From: Candidatus Chisholmbacteria bacterium | GTDB lineage: Bacteria; Patescibacteriota; Microgenomatia; UBA1400; Chisholmbacteraceae | Assembly (NCBI GenBank): GCA_963704905.1 | Contig: CAVPHZ010000001.1 | Location: 451,438 to 515,437 of the forward strand | Direction of reading: 5' to 3' | Length of the DNA: 64,000 bases | In this document: in pieces, positions 18,075-27,614 of the stretch | Position numbering within the stretch: the stretch's first letter is position 1 | Layout of the letters: each line of letters starts with the position of its first letter | Position numbers and translations under genes: made by a program | Notes under the pieces: model-generated | What the model saw: only the letters and a program-made list of their open reading frames with translations | The model's database searches: none | Told to the model about the DNA's origin: nothing

Positions 18075-18569
18075 ATGGTTGAAGTAAACCTAACCGTTAC
18101 TACTCTGCTTTTTGATTTTTCGAATGTGCTGATCTTTGCAAAAGATCAAGGGTATACTGGGCTTCTGAATCCTTTACATCAACGTTTGTCTAAAGATACT
18201 GATTATGATTTTTTTGAAAGTTTTGAATTAAATGAGCGGATTTTAGACTTTTTAGCCCAACGGCAGGATCGATACGGTCTTTATATTTTTACCGCTGGCT
18301 CCCTTCATCAGCAAGTTGAAGTGAAGGCGCGAATCGATTTTATCTTTCGTCGGATTTTTACCACATATGAGTTACAGCTGCGGAAAGAAAACCCTGAGGC
18401 GTATCGCAAAATAGCCCAGATGATTCAACGTCAGCCGAGTGAGATGCTATTTATAGATGATAGTTTTGGGAATATTGAGGCTGCGAAGCAAGCTGGAATG
18501 AATACCATTCTCTTTGAGAGTACTGATCAGTTATTTGAAAAGCTTAGTGAGTTTATTACTATCGCGTAG
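18075..18569 (+). CDS. HAD-IA family hydrolase
   Basis: LLFDFSNVL, RKENPEAY, FIDDSFGNIEAAKQAGM. Confidence 0.85.
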   Translation: MVEVNLTVTTLLFDFSNVLIFAKDQGYTGLLNPLHQRLSKDTDYDFFESFELNERILDFLAQRQDRYGLYIFTAGSLHQQVEVKARIDFIFRRIFTTYELQLRKENPEAYRKIAQMIQRQPSEMLFIDDSFGNIEAAKQAGMNTILFESTDQLFEKLSEFITIA

Positions 18570-18575
18570 GTACTT

Positions 18576-19037
18576 ATGACTGTTCGGTTAGCAACGCTCG
18601 ACGATTTTGATGAGATACTACGACTCAGTCAATTGTTGTTTGAATATGAGCGGCAATATGGAGAGACTTATAACTTGGAGTGGACGTATTCAAAACGCGG
18701 CAAAGCGTATTTTAAAAAGAGACTTACCCATAAGCGAGGGCTAGCGCTGGTGTGTGAAGTTAACCAACGCGTTGTCGGATATTTGGCTGGTTGGATTGAT
18801 ACCTATTCATATCGTTCGATTAATCCCATTATTGAGATTGAGAATATGTTTGTTGAAAAAAAGCATCGACGAAAAGGTGTTGGGAGCAGACTTGTCCATG
18901 AGCTTCAAGTGCAAGCTAAGAAGAAAGGCGTGAAGCGGTTGAAGGTTGAGGCGTTGTATCCTAATGAATCTGCATCTTCCTTTTATCGTTCTCTTGGATT
19001 TGAGGGTTTTAACTTGGTATTTGAAGCCGATTTATAA
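18576..19037 (+). CDS. GNAT N-acetyltransferase
   Basis: MFVEKKHRRKGVGSRL, NESASSFYRSLGF. Confidence 0.9.
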   Translation: MTVRLATLDDFDEILRLSQLLFEYERQYGETYNLEWTYSKRGKAYFKKRLTHKRGLALVCEVNQRVVGYLAGWIDTYSYRSINPIIEIENMFVEKKHRRKGVGSRLVHELQVQAKKKGVKRLKVEALYPNESASSFYRSLGFEGFNLVFEADL

Positions 19038-19051
19038 TACTCATTCTAAGA

Positions 19052-19738
19052 ATGAAGAAGTACGCATTTTTTGACATTGCCAAGACCTTATACGACGGGT
19101 ATTCCAATTCAGGGTTTTATCTTTTTCTGGCAAAGAAAAAATTGGTGGATGAGTTTGTTGCTAAGGAAGACAAAGAGATTGATAGACTTTATTCTTCTGG
19201 AGCGATTGATTATCGTGAGGCAAGTAGGCGGGTTGTTCATCTCTTAGGCAAGGCTCTGAAAGGGAAGACGAGAACTAAGGTACGGGAGTGGCAGCAACGT
19301 TTTATGGTGGAGGATAATCGGCTTTTTTCTTGGGTTGCTCCTCTGGTTACGTATCTTCGTGAACAGGGTTTTACGATCTATATTATCTCAGCGGATGGTA
19401 CTCCAGTTGTTGAGGCAATTGGAGATTATTTAGGTGTTGATATGGCGTATGCATCTGAGCTTGAGCGAAAAAATGGAGCCTATACCGGTCGAGTTCTGCG
19501 GATGCTAAATTTTGAAGAAAAAGCACACCTTGTTCATCGCATTCTTGGCCATCTGGGGAAAAGTTTAAAGATTGGATTTGGTGATAGCGAAGGTGATGTT
19601 GACATGCTTTCGCATATGGACCATGCGTTTTTGTACCAGCCCAAGGAAAAGAAATTGATTGAGCATGCGAAAAGTGAGGGGTGGTATGTTGTTGATGAAA
19701 ATAATATTTTACTCACTGTAAAGCAAGTCCTGACATGA
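19052..19738 (+). CDS. HAD-IB phosphatase (SerB-like)
   Basis: AFFDIAKTL, IISA, EEKA, GFGDSEGDVDML. Confidence 0.85.
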   Translation: MKKYAFFDIAKTLYDGYSNSGFYLFLAKKKLVDEFVAKEDKEIDRLYSSGAIDYREASRRVVHLLGKALKGKTRTKVREWQQRFMVEDNRLFSWVAPLVTYLREQGFTIYIISADGTPVVEAIGDYLGVDMAYASELERKNGAYTGRVLRMLNFEEKAHLVHRILGHLGKSLKIGFGDSEGDVDMLSHMDHAFLYQPKEKKLIEHAKSEGWYVVDENNILLTVKQVLT

Positions 19739-20481
19739 TTGTTCTTTCAACGCTCCATGATCCTGAAGGACGGTTTGTACCACTTATTCAATCGAGTGAA
19801 GATTTTTTTCAAGAACATACACCTGATTTGATTGTTGCGCATACGACATCTACTTCAGCAAAAACTCTTTCTCATTTAAAGCACTTGGGCGTTGATATTT
19901 TCCCATCCGGGTTGTTCGGGGAAGCAAGGATTGCGAGCTTACAGAGAGGTCTAAAGACGAGAGAGAAAACCTTTTTGACCTGTGATTTTGACAAGATTTT
20001 GCATTGGATCCGCGTTGATCCGGGTGAGTGGGTAAAACTCCTGAAGACAATACCAAGAAAGGATTATGTGGCGTACGGGCGTAGCGAGACAACTTGGAAG
20101 ACGTATCCAATCAGTTGGTACTATCCCGAAACAGCTATTAATCACTTAGTCTCAAAAGCTGTTGGGTTTAAGGTCGATGTGCTGACATCGGTGGCGCTGT
20201 TTAAGCGAACAGCTGCTGAGGTTATTGCAAGAAAAGCCAAGGAGAAGAGCTGGGGATCAGTGGTTGAGTGGTTTCTGTTACCGTTCAAGGAGGGATTGCC
20301 GGTTGGATATACGGATGCAAATGGGTTGAGTTGGGAGGATCCTGATCGGTTTGGTGAGGAGATTAAAGCAGCTAGGGGTTTGAAAACGTGGATGAGTAAA
20401 AACTATGACACTGTTGAAGAGTGGAAAAAGCGCTTAACATCAGCGATGATGCAGGTTGAGGTAATTCAGAGAATGAGTTAA
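19735..20481 (+). CDS. Hypothetical protein, possible GT-A fold glycosyltransferase
   Basis: HDPEGR, GEARIASL, CDFD (DxD); translationally coupled to the HAD gene. Confidence 0.5.
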   Translation: MIVLSTLHDPEGRFVPLIQSSEDFFQEHTPDLIVAHTTSTSAKTLSHLKHLGVDIFPSGLFGEARIASLQRGLKTREKTFLTCDFDKILHWIRVDPGEWVKLLKTIPRKDYVAYGRSETTWKTYPISWYYPETAINHLVSKAVGFKVDVLTSVALFKRTAAEVIARKAKEKSWGSVVEWFLLPFKEGLPVGYTDANGLSWEDPDRFGEEIKAARGLKTWMSKNYDTVEEWKKRLTSAMMQVEVIQRMS

Positions 20482-20500
20482 AAATCCTGAGTGAATCATT

Positions 20501-20728
20501 ATGGCTTCTGTTTTTATTCCACCAAAAACTATTCATAAGATGACCAAACTAGGAATTTCAGAGAGTCAAGTGATGGATGTTTTTAATTCAGGAGAGCATG
20601 GGAAGTTTCCATCAGGAAAGTTTAATGCAACAAAGAAATATTCCGGATCTGAAATAGGTATTTGTTATTTTCGAGATGAAACTGGACGGTATGTATTGTA
20701 TGGACCTTGGACTAGAAAGAGAAGGTAG
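20501..20728 (+). CDS. Small basic hypothetical protein (DUF4258/RelE-BrnT-like)
   Basis: HKMTKLGISESQVMDVFNSGE helix pair followed by short beta strands. Confidence 0.45.
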   Translation: MASVFIPPKTIHKMTKLGISESQVMDVFNSGEHGKFPSGKFNATKKYSGSEIGICYFRDETGRYVLYGPWTRKRR

Positions 20729-20865
20729 TGTATTTTAAAAAGAATGAAGACATACAATCCTCCTAAAGGAATGGAAGAGGTGGGTGGCTACTGTTGTGGC
20801 GCAAGTTTAGTTTATTTGATGATGGTAGGAAATATCTCTATAAAAAGTAACTTTCGAGCATTACC

Positions 20866-21801
20866 ATGAAAATGATTGATCCTCATGTAGATGTTGCAGA
20901 TTTTTACCGATTGAATAATTGGGATTCAACAGATTTTTATCGAGAAGAAAGTGATGCATGGGCAACGTTGTCGAAGATGAAAGCGGCTGGAATTGATGTA
21001 GTAGGGTTGACTTTGTATTTTGATGAGAGTTTTTTAGATACCTCTTATTATGACGGTGTGAAATCATTTTATGATTTCTACCAAAGATTGTTTTCTAGCG
21101 GGAATGGATTGTATTCCATAACTAGTGGAAGAGAATTTCGGGAAAAACCTGCAGATTTAGTCGGTTATTTTTTTTCTATTGAAGGTTTTGAGTGCTTTAG
21201 AAGCCCAGCTGATTTTGAGGAGTTTTATGATTTAGGAGTTCGTAGTTTTGGCTTTACTTGGTCGCACGACAATTTGTATGCGTGCGGACGCCATACCAAG
21301 AGAGATACAGGATTAACAAGCGATGGATACACGGTAATTGAGCGAATGCGTAAGCGAGAAAAGTTGATTGTGGATATTGCCCACTTAAGTGAGAAATCGA
21401 TAGCTGATTTAGAAAAAAAGTGGTCGGGCATGATAGTTACTACCCATGGGAATGTTCGTTCAATTCATGAATCTGTCCATAATCTTACTGATAATGAAAT
21501 CAGTATTATTGTTGAGCGTGATGGTGTGGTGAGCTTATTCCCATTGACAGAAGATACTGGTCCGAACAATACGCTTGATGATTTGTATCGTCATGTGGAT
21601 TATATTGCCTCAAAGTGGGGAATTAAGTATGTAGGCTATTGTTCTGACATCTATCCACTGGACGAATATCCTTTTTTACAGAATGCTCAAGATATTCTGA
21701 TTAACAGGGATTGGTATAGATATTTGTTAACTAGAATGAAGTCTAGCGAGGTAGAGCAGATCATGTGGGGAAATTGGGCTCGAATACTGAGTACGTTATA
21801 A
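20866..21801 (+). CDS. Membrane dipeptidase (peptidase M19) family
   Basis: IDPHVD, SIEG, LGVRSFGFTW, GLTSDG, VDIAHLS, THGN, HNLTD, CSD. Confidence 0.9.
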   Translation: MKMIDPHVDVADFYRLNNWDSTDFYREESDAWATLSKMKAAGIDVVGLTLYFDESFLDTSYYDGVKSFYDFYQRLFSSGNGLYSITSGREFREKPADLVGYFFSIEGFECFRSPADFEEFYDLGVRSFGFTWSHDNLYACGRHTKRDTGLTSDGYTVIERMRKREKLIVDIAHLSEKSIADLEKKWSGMIVTTHGNVRSIHESVHNLTDNEISIIVERDGVVSLFPLTEDTGPNNTLDDLYRHVDYIASKWGIKYVGYCSDIYPLDEYPFLQNAQDILINRDWYRYLLTRMKSSEVEQIMWGNWARILSTL

Positions 21802-21880
21802 GGCGTATTGATTGTTCAGAGCAGAGTTAATTGATGAGGATTTGAGGATTTGATTGAGTTTTGTATACAATAGATAGTGC

Positions 21881-23707
21881 ATGGTTGATCTGCCCAAGGA
21901 AAATCCATCGTCTCCGTCTGTTGAATTACCACCTGTTGGTGGTGCACCTCCTGATAATCAGGGTCATCAAACTCCTAACATATCAACGCCAACACCTACT
22001 ATTACCTCGACATCACCAGCGACACCGCAAGTTTCTCAACCCTCTCTGACGCAACCGCTGGTTACCCAAGCTCCTCCACCCCCGCCAACACCGGATATGC
22101 CTCAAATTTCTACCGTTTCCGAGGAAATTTCATCAGAAGATGGCGGGAAGAAAAAGCCATGGAAGATCATTTTAATTTTATTCTTGGTGCTGTCCATCCT
22201 TGGTGGTTCACTCCTCACTGGTGCAGGTGTGATGGTAGCGTATGGAAAAATTTCACTTGAGAATGAAGAGCTGAGAAATACCATTGTAAACCTGGTATTC
22301 AGCCTTCCGTTTATTCCTAAGACTCCTGAGTATATTATCGGAAAGTCGGTCATTGCTCACAAAGATGTGTCGAGCGCAACGGTTGAGGCGTCATTGGCGT
22401 CAAGCTCGAAGTCGGTGGCTGACTTGTTTGGGAATCAAAACTTTGATCTGGCCATCAGCGGGCCGGTTGATTTTACTGACGAAAAACAACCAAAAGCCTC
22501 GATTCGGGTGCAGCTGACGAATGAATTTGACGCAGAATTTCGAGTACTGGATGAGGATCTCTATTTTAAGATTGATAAAATTCCGACGGTGGTAACCAGC
22601 ATGTTTACTGCGATGTTGGAAGGAGGGCCGGAGTTTCAAGGATTTGACTCCCTTTTGGGTGTTTGGGTTCATCATTCAATGGAAACTCTTGATACTGAAG
22701 CGAGAAAAACGCTTGAAGAAAATACAGCGGATGAAGATGCATTTGACGAGGCGTATCAAGAATTTGTCGACCGCGTGTTTCGGGCAAAAATTTTACCGAT
22801 TGTTGAAATGACATCGGCTGACGTTGATGGCCATATGACGCATGAATTGTACGTTGATCTTTCTGACCAACTCATAGATGAAGTGTTTGAAGAGATCGAG
22901 GATATCGCTCAGCAGCAGCGAGGGGCAATGCTCGATATTGAAGAAAAAGGGCCACGGCCCTCAGAATTTATAAAGAAACTTCAAATCACGCTTTGGATAG
23001 ATAAAGATTCCTATTATCTTCGCAAAGCTACTGTTGCTACACAATTTGATAACAGTGCATTTCAAGAGAGTCTGCAGGGAAGATCTTCCATGTATGGATC
23101 ATTAGTACCTTCTTTAAACGAGAAAGTGGATATGGTGTTTTCACTGAAGCTTTCTGATATTGGATTACCAGTGTTGGTTGAAGCACCAACAGATGCAATG
23201 TCGCTGGAAGAGTTTATGACAGAGGCGATGCGGTCGTTGGGGTTGGGGTCAATGATGCAGCAATCGATGGGTATGGCACTGTTTTCTAGTGCCAGATTTA
23301 GCGTAGAGCAAGTTTCGAGTGCGGCTTCCTTTTCCTACATCGATAACCAGAGGTATCCAGCGTCTGAGCAAGCCTTACTCGCGTCAGAGTATATTGATTC
23401 TAATTCTACGATTTTCAGCGAAAGTGAAATAAAGTACAAAGTTACAGGTGATGGGCAAGTGGCTGTAATTTATTCTCTTGTGCCTGATTTTAACAGTCCG
23501 GAAGAACCATACTACGGGATCGTGCTTCAGCCACAAGGTACCAACCGAAGTAAAAATTACAGTGGTGATGAGCTGGCTGAGATTCTTACTGAGCATGGAT
23601 TGGGAGTGAATCCGAAATTGCTTGCACCGGTTACGCTGCCTGTTTCACAACCACCAACTTCCGAGCTTGAACCATTTTCGGCATCTTCACAATTTGGGAT
23701 GTTTTAG
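21881..23707 (+). CDS. Membrane protein with Pro/Thr-rich N-terminus and extracellular LppX/LolA-like region
   Basis: Pro-rich tail, single TM near aa 93-120, ITLWIDKDSYYLRK and PVLVEAPTDA motifs. Confidence 0.65.
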   Translation: MVDLPKENPSSPSVELPPVGGAPPDNQGHQTPNISTPTPTITSTSPATPQVSQPSLTQPLVTQAPPPPPTPDMPQISTVSEEISSEDGGKKKPWKIILILFLVLSILGGSLLTGAGVMVAYGKISLENEELRNTIVNLVFSLPFIPKTPEYIIGKSVIAHKDVSSATVEASLASSSKSVADLFGNQNFDLAISGPVDFTDEKQPKASIRVQLTNEFDAEFRVLDEDLYFKIDKIPTVVTSMFTAMLEGGPEFQGFDSLLGVWVHHSMETLDTEARKTLEENTADEDAFDEAYQEFVDRVFRAKILPIVEMTSADVDGHMTHELYVDLSDQLIDEVFEEIEDIAQQQRGAMLDIEEKGPRPSEFIKKLQITLWIDKDSYYLRKATVATQFDNSAFQESLQGRSSMYGSLVPSLNEKVDMVFSLKLSDIGLPVLVEAPTDAMSLEEFMTEAMRSLGLGSMMQQSMGMALFSSARFSVEQVSSAASFSYIDNQRYPASEQALLASEYIDSNSTIFSESEIKYKVTGDGQVAVIYSLVPDFNSPEEPYYGIVLQPQGTNRSKNYSGDELAEILTEHGLGVNPKLLAPVTLPVSQPPTSELEPFSASSQFGMF

Positions 23708-23760
23708 CCTCTCATTTTTCCACCATGAAACCCTTAGTATAGTTTGCTACACTAACTTGT

Positions 23761-23868
23761 ATGAGTGAGGCGTATACGGAAAAAGATTTTCAAGATCATT
23801 TGGATCAAGAGCATAAAATCACACCTTTTTCAGAGAATCTGAAGAGATCGTTTATGGTGGAAATAATG
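23761..23868 (+). pseudogene. 5' fragment of a VIT1/CCC1 gene (duplicate of 29105-29207)
   Basis: Encodes MSEAYTEKDFQDHLDQEHKITPFSENLK, near-identical to the start of the ORF at 29105, then frameshifts and ends. Confidence 0.85.
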
Positions 23869-23879
23869 CATATCGATTA

Positions 23880-25268
23880 CTATGACAACAATTTCATTCC
23901 ATTGTTTACGTACTTCTTTAATTGTTTGTAATCAACTAAGTATTTCAATATTTTCTTCGGGCGTAGATAAAATTGTTGATGCGCGTATTTTACCGAGTTA
24001 TTCAGCTTTTCTTCTGGTATTTGTTTGTGTTTTAGAATTGTCATTCGGCTGGGATCAAATACTCTTAACACTGCTTTATGATTAGCTTGTGTTTTCATAG
24101 TTTCATTGTATAAATCGGTACCGTAATCGGGAGTTAATATTGTAAAAGATGCGAAGTCTGGATTAAGTTTCAAAGCAAATTTTATTGTGTTTTGCAGCAT
24201 TGCTTCTGATTCATTTGGGAAACCGAGGATGAAATAACCAAGAGATCTAATTCCCACCTTTCGGCACAAAGCTACAGCATTGAGGATATTTGGAAGCTGT
24301 TTACTTGGAGCAAACTTGTTTAGGGTTTGTTGATTTCCAGACTCGACTCCAATCTGGAGCGTATGACATCCGGCGCGTTTCATTTTCTTTAGTTTTTCTT
24401 CGGTAAGATGAAAACTATGGACATTTGCACTCCAAGAAAAGTTGTAGTTATAGTCGATGAGAAGATCTAAGACGCTGTTGAGGTGTGTTGGATTTGCGTT
24501 GAAGGTAGAGTCTTGAAAGAATATTTCTTTGATGCCGGCTTGATGAATGGCATCGAATTCTTTTTTTAAGTCGTTTCTGTTTCTCGGATAGTAGTTTAGG
24601 ATACTGGCGACGCAAAATTTACAGGTAAAGGGACATCCAAAAGCCGTCAGAACAGTAACCATCGGTTGCTTCCGGGCAACCGGCGTTGAGTATTTGTTTA
24701 ATTTAAATAACTTGTACTGCGGATGTTTGTGAAGAGTTATCTCTGATCCTGGTTTGAGATAGTTAATTCTCCCAAGTTGAATAGATCCATCAGCCTTTCT
24801 TACTGTGAAACTTGGGCTCCACTTGTCATTTGTCATCATCAAGTCTTTTATGCCTGCGTCAAAGAAATTATGGATTATTCCATCGACGAACTTGTACTTG
24901 GTTAGGAACATTTCTGGTTCAATTGTTGGTGTATTTCCTAACACATATAGTTTGGATTTACTGTTTACTACAGCTTGTTGAAGTCCTCTCATGTCTTGAG
25001 GGAAGCTTGCTGTACCGGTCAAACAGACTATACGATCAGGGTTGAAGGAGTTGATGAATTCTTTCACGTTTTTCCAAGTTTGTTTTTCTGCTACCGCGTC
25101 AATAACTTCAAGCTGAATATTTGAGTAGTTTAAATTTCCGGATAGATATAGCAAATCGACAGGAGGCCACAGGTAATCCGTTTTTGAAGTGAAGCAGCAG
25201 TAATTATCGCGAATGATTGTCGCGTGAAATGGTGGATTGAGTAGGAGTACTTTCCGCTTTTGTTTCAT
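23880..25268 (-). CDS. B12-binding-domain radical SAM protein (HpnJ/BchE-like class)
   Basis: VLLLNPP..WPPVDLLYL N-terminal domain, GCPFTCKFC, FQDSTF, IGVESG, FILGFPNE, PDYGTDLY. Confidence 0.9.
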   Translation of the reverse strand: MKQKRKVLLLNPPFHATIIRDNYCCFTSKTDYLWPPVDLLYLSGNLNYSNIQLEVIDAVAEKQTWKNVKEFINSFNPDRIVCLTGTASFPQDMRGLQQAVVNSKSKLYVLGNTPTIEPEMFLTKYKFVDGIIHNFFDAGIKDLMMTNDKWSPSFTVRKADGSIQLGRINYLKPGSEITLHKHPQYKLFKLNKYSTPVARKQPMVTVLTAFGCPFTCKFCVASILNYYPRNRNDLKKEFDAIHQAGIKEIFFQDSTFNANPTHLNSVLDLLIDYNYNFSWSANVHSFHLTEEKLKKMKRAGCHTLQIGVESGNQQTLNKFAPSKQLPNILNAVALCRKVGIRSLGYFILGFPNESEAMLQNTIKFALKLNPDFASFTILTPDYGTDLYNETMKTQANHKAVLRVFDPSRMTILKHKQIPEEKLNNSVKYAHQQFYLRPKKILKYLVDYKQLKKYVNNGMKLLS

Positions 25269-25469
25269 GGAGAAAAGATTATCTTTTAGAATCGGCTGCT
25301 AATTGTGTGCTCTTTCGTTATCGGATAGTCTGGGCTTACATTTTTCTTTATATATTTATAATATAAAAATGCTAGTGGGTGTGCGAATATTTATTTTTAC
25401 CGGTTACTAATCAGTCTACTGCTTTATAACACCCGAAACAGTAGAAGATATCTTCTTTTGGATTAAGGT

Positions 25470-26893
25470 ATGAGATTCGTGAATTTTAGACGACTATTTA
25501 TATTAACTGTAATTTTAACCTTTGGTTTTTTTTTGAGATATAGAGCAGCTCTTTTACAAGATATATGGATTGATGAAGCGACAATTTTCGATGTAAGTCG
25601 TCTGCCAGTGTTGACTCTTCTTCGAAGAGATCATTGGGATACTGCTCATCCCCAACTTTATTATCTTTTTCTCCATTTCTGGATGAAATTGGGAACTACA
25701 CCTCTATTTCTTCGGTTCCCAACGCTGATTACATCAATGACCGCTGGAGTTGTGATATACCGTATCGGAAAACTAGTGCGGAACTCCCGATTTGGCCTAC
25801 TCAGTGTGTATCTTTATTCTATTCATCCATTTTTCGTCAATTTAGGTTTTCAACAGAAGATGTATGGATTTGTAATATTTTTTACTCTTCTTTCGTTTTA
25901 CTCACTTCTCCAGATGTTTAAGAACGAGAAAGAAAATGTGGATGTGGAGCACTATTGTTTTCCATGCTTTGGCGTTTTACTCAGACTATTCCTTTATTTG
26001 GTATTACCTTATCGTTGTGTTGATATCGAGCTTTTTGTTTTTCCAAAAACATTCTAATGAAATAGAGGTACAAAGAATTCTTGTGATTAATCTACTAACG
26101 GCAGTAATCATCGCCATCCATATTCCTAACTTTGTAAGAGGTTTAACTGGTGCACTTGGGTTGGCCAAATATATTGGTGATGTTCATATCTATTGGATAG
26201 CTGATGCACTCAAACAATTTGTATTCTTTTCGACAGATATAAATGACATTTTTGTACTTCTGGTACTTTTTATTAGTGTTCTATCCTTATGGTCGCTTGT
26301 AAAAACTGAGAAGCTAGTGTATCGACGTTTTTTCTTCAAAACTGTTTTTGGATTGCTATTGTTTCCCGTTCTTCTCTCTTTTTTAGCCTCATATATCTCA
26401 CCAATATTTAAAACACGAAATTTGTGGGTGGGAGCACTCTTTCCGATTATTGGCATTACAGCTTTTAGCGAAGTATTTGCACGGAAGTACATAGTTACAA
26501 ATCTTGCAATCTTCTTTTTTATTCTTATTGCTCATATCTGCTTCATATCAAAGAACTAATTATGAGGGTAATGCTGATTGGAGTGGTTTACGCGATGACA
26601 TTGCAATGGGGGGAGACAAACCACTTATCATTTATGCTGGTGATCGAGCTTGGGAACTTAATTCTCTTTTTCTCTACTATTTTCCTGGATATGATGGCCA
26701 TGTGCCCGTTAGTCAATATAACTTCGTTCATATCCCGAGTAGAGAATTCATTCACAATAATCTGTTATATGATGTTGATGTTCGATCTTCAATAACGATA
26801 TTTTATGATGTGGTGGGTGTAGATCTTCTGGGAGAAATTCAAGGAACATTACGGTGTGGAATCCGAAAATGTCACGATCCGATAGAAATCTAA
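25470..26893 (+). CDS. GT-C (ArnT/PMT, GT39-like) membrane glycosyltransferase, split into three ORFs by frameshifts
   Basis: IWIDEA, HPQLYYLFLHFW, LRFP, QKMY in ORF 25470; TM continuation in ORF 25936; ADWSGL soluble tail in ORF 26504. Confidence 0.75.
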
Positions 26894-26933
26894 ATATTTT
26901 AATATAGGATAATCTGGAAATATATTAACCAAT

Positions 26934-27614
26934 ATGGATAACAATAAATACTTAGAAGTGTTATCAGAGCTTCAGAGTTGGATGCGCAGAGAATCGAAGT
27001 TTACTCAGCTCCATCACAAGCTTCGAATAAGGTCGTATCCGTTTCGTTCTCTACTGAACTATCTACCTACGACAGGAAACATTGCAGATATTGGTTGCGG
27101 ATACGGTACCCTAACATTTCTGCTTGCCCGATTGTATCCTGATATTTTTGTGTATGCTTTTGATCCTTCAATGAGGAAGGCAGACGTAGCACGTCGGCTG
27201 CTTGGAAAACTTTCGAATATTTACTTTAGCTCTTACAAGAAAGAATTTTTAGGCTTACCTCAATTGCTTGACGCGGTCGTGATTGTAGATGTGTTATACC
27301 TTCTTTCCTCAAAAGAACGTAAGGATTTAATTAAAAACATGGCTAACTTGCTAAAGAAGGGAGGAAGGATTTACGTCGGGTTTGTTCCACGGCAGTTTCA
27401 TTTCAGATATTTTCTTGCCTTTGTACAAGAGTGGTTTATGGTACGGATTTTTCATTTAACGCATAGCTCGGGTACCATTCTTTCTTTTCAGTCGGTACAG
27501 GAGTTGAAAGACCTGTTTAAGGTCTGTGGCATTCGTTTCTTATCATTGCATTACTTACCAACTTCATTTCCTTTTTACCATCAGCATTACCTAGCAATTG
27601 GAGAGAAATCGTGA
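26934..27614 (+). CDS. Class I SAM-dependent methyltransferase
   Basis: IADIGCGYG, AFDPS, DAVVIVDVLY, LKKGGRI. Confidence 0.9.
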   Translation: MDNNKYLEVLSELQSWMRRESKFTQLHHKLRIRSYPFRSLLNYLPTTGNIADIGCGYGTLTFLLARLYPDIFVYAFDPSMRKADVARRLLGKLSNIYFSSYKKEFLGLPQLLDAVVIVDVLYLLSSKERKDLIKNMANLLKKGGRIYVGFVPRQFHFRYFLAFVQEWFMVRIFHLTHSSGTILSFQSVQELKDLFKVCGIRFLSLHYLPTSFPFYHQHYLAIGEKS

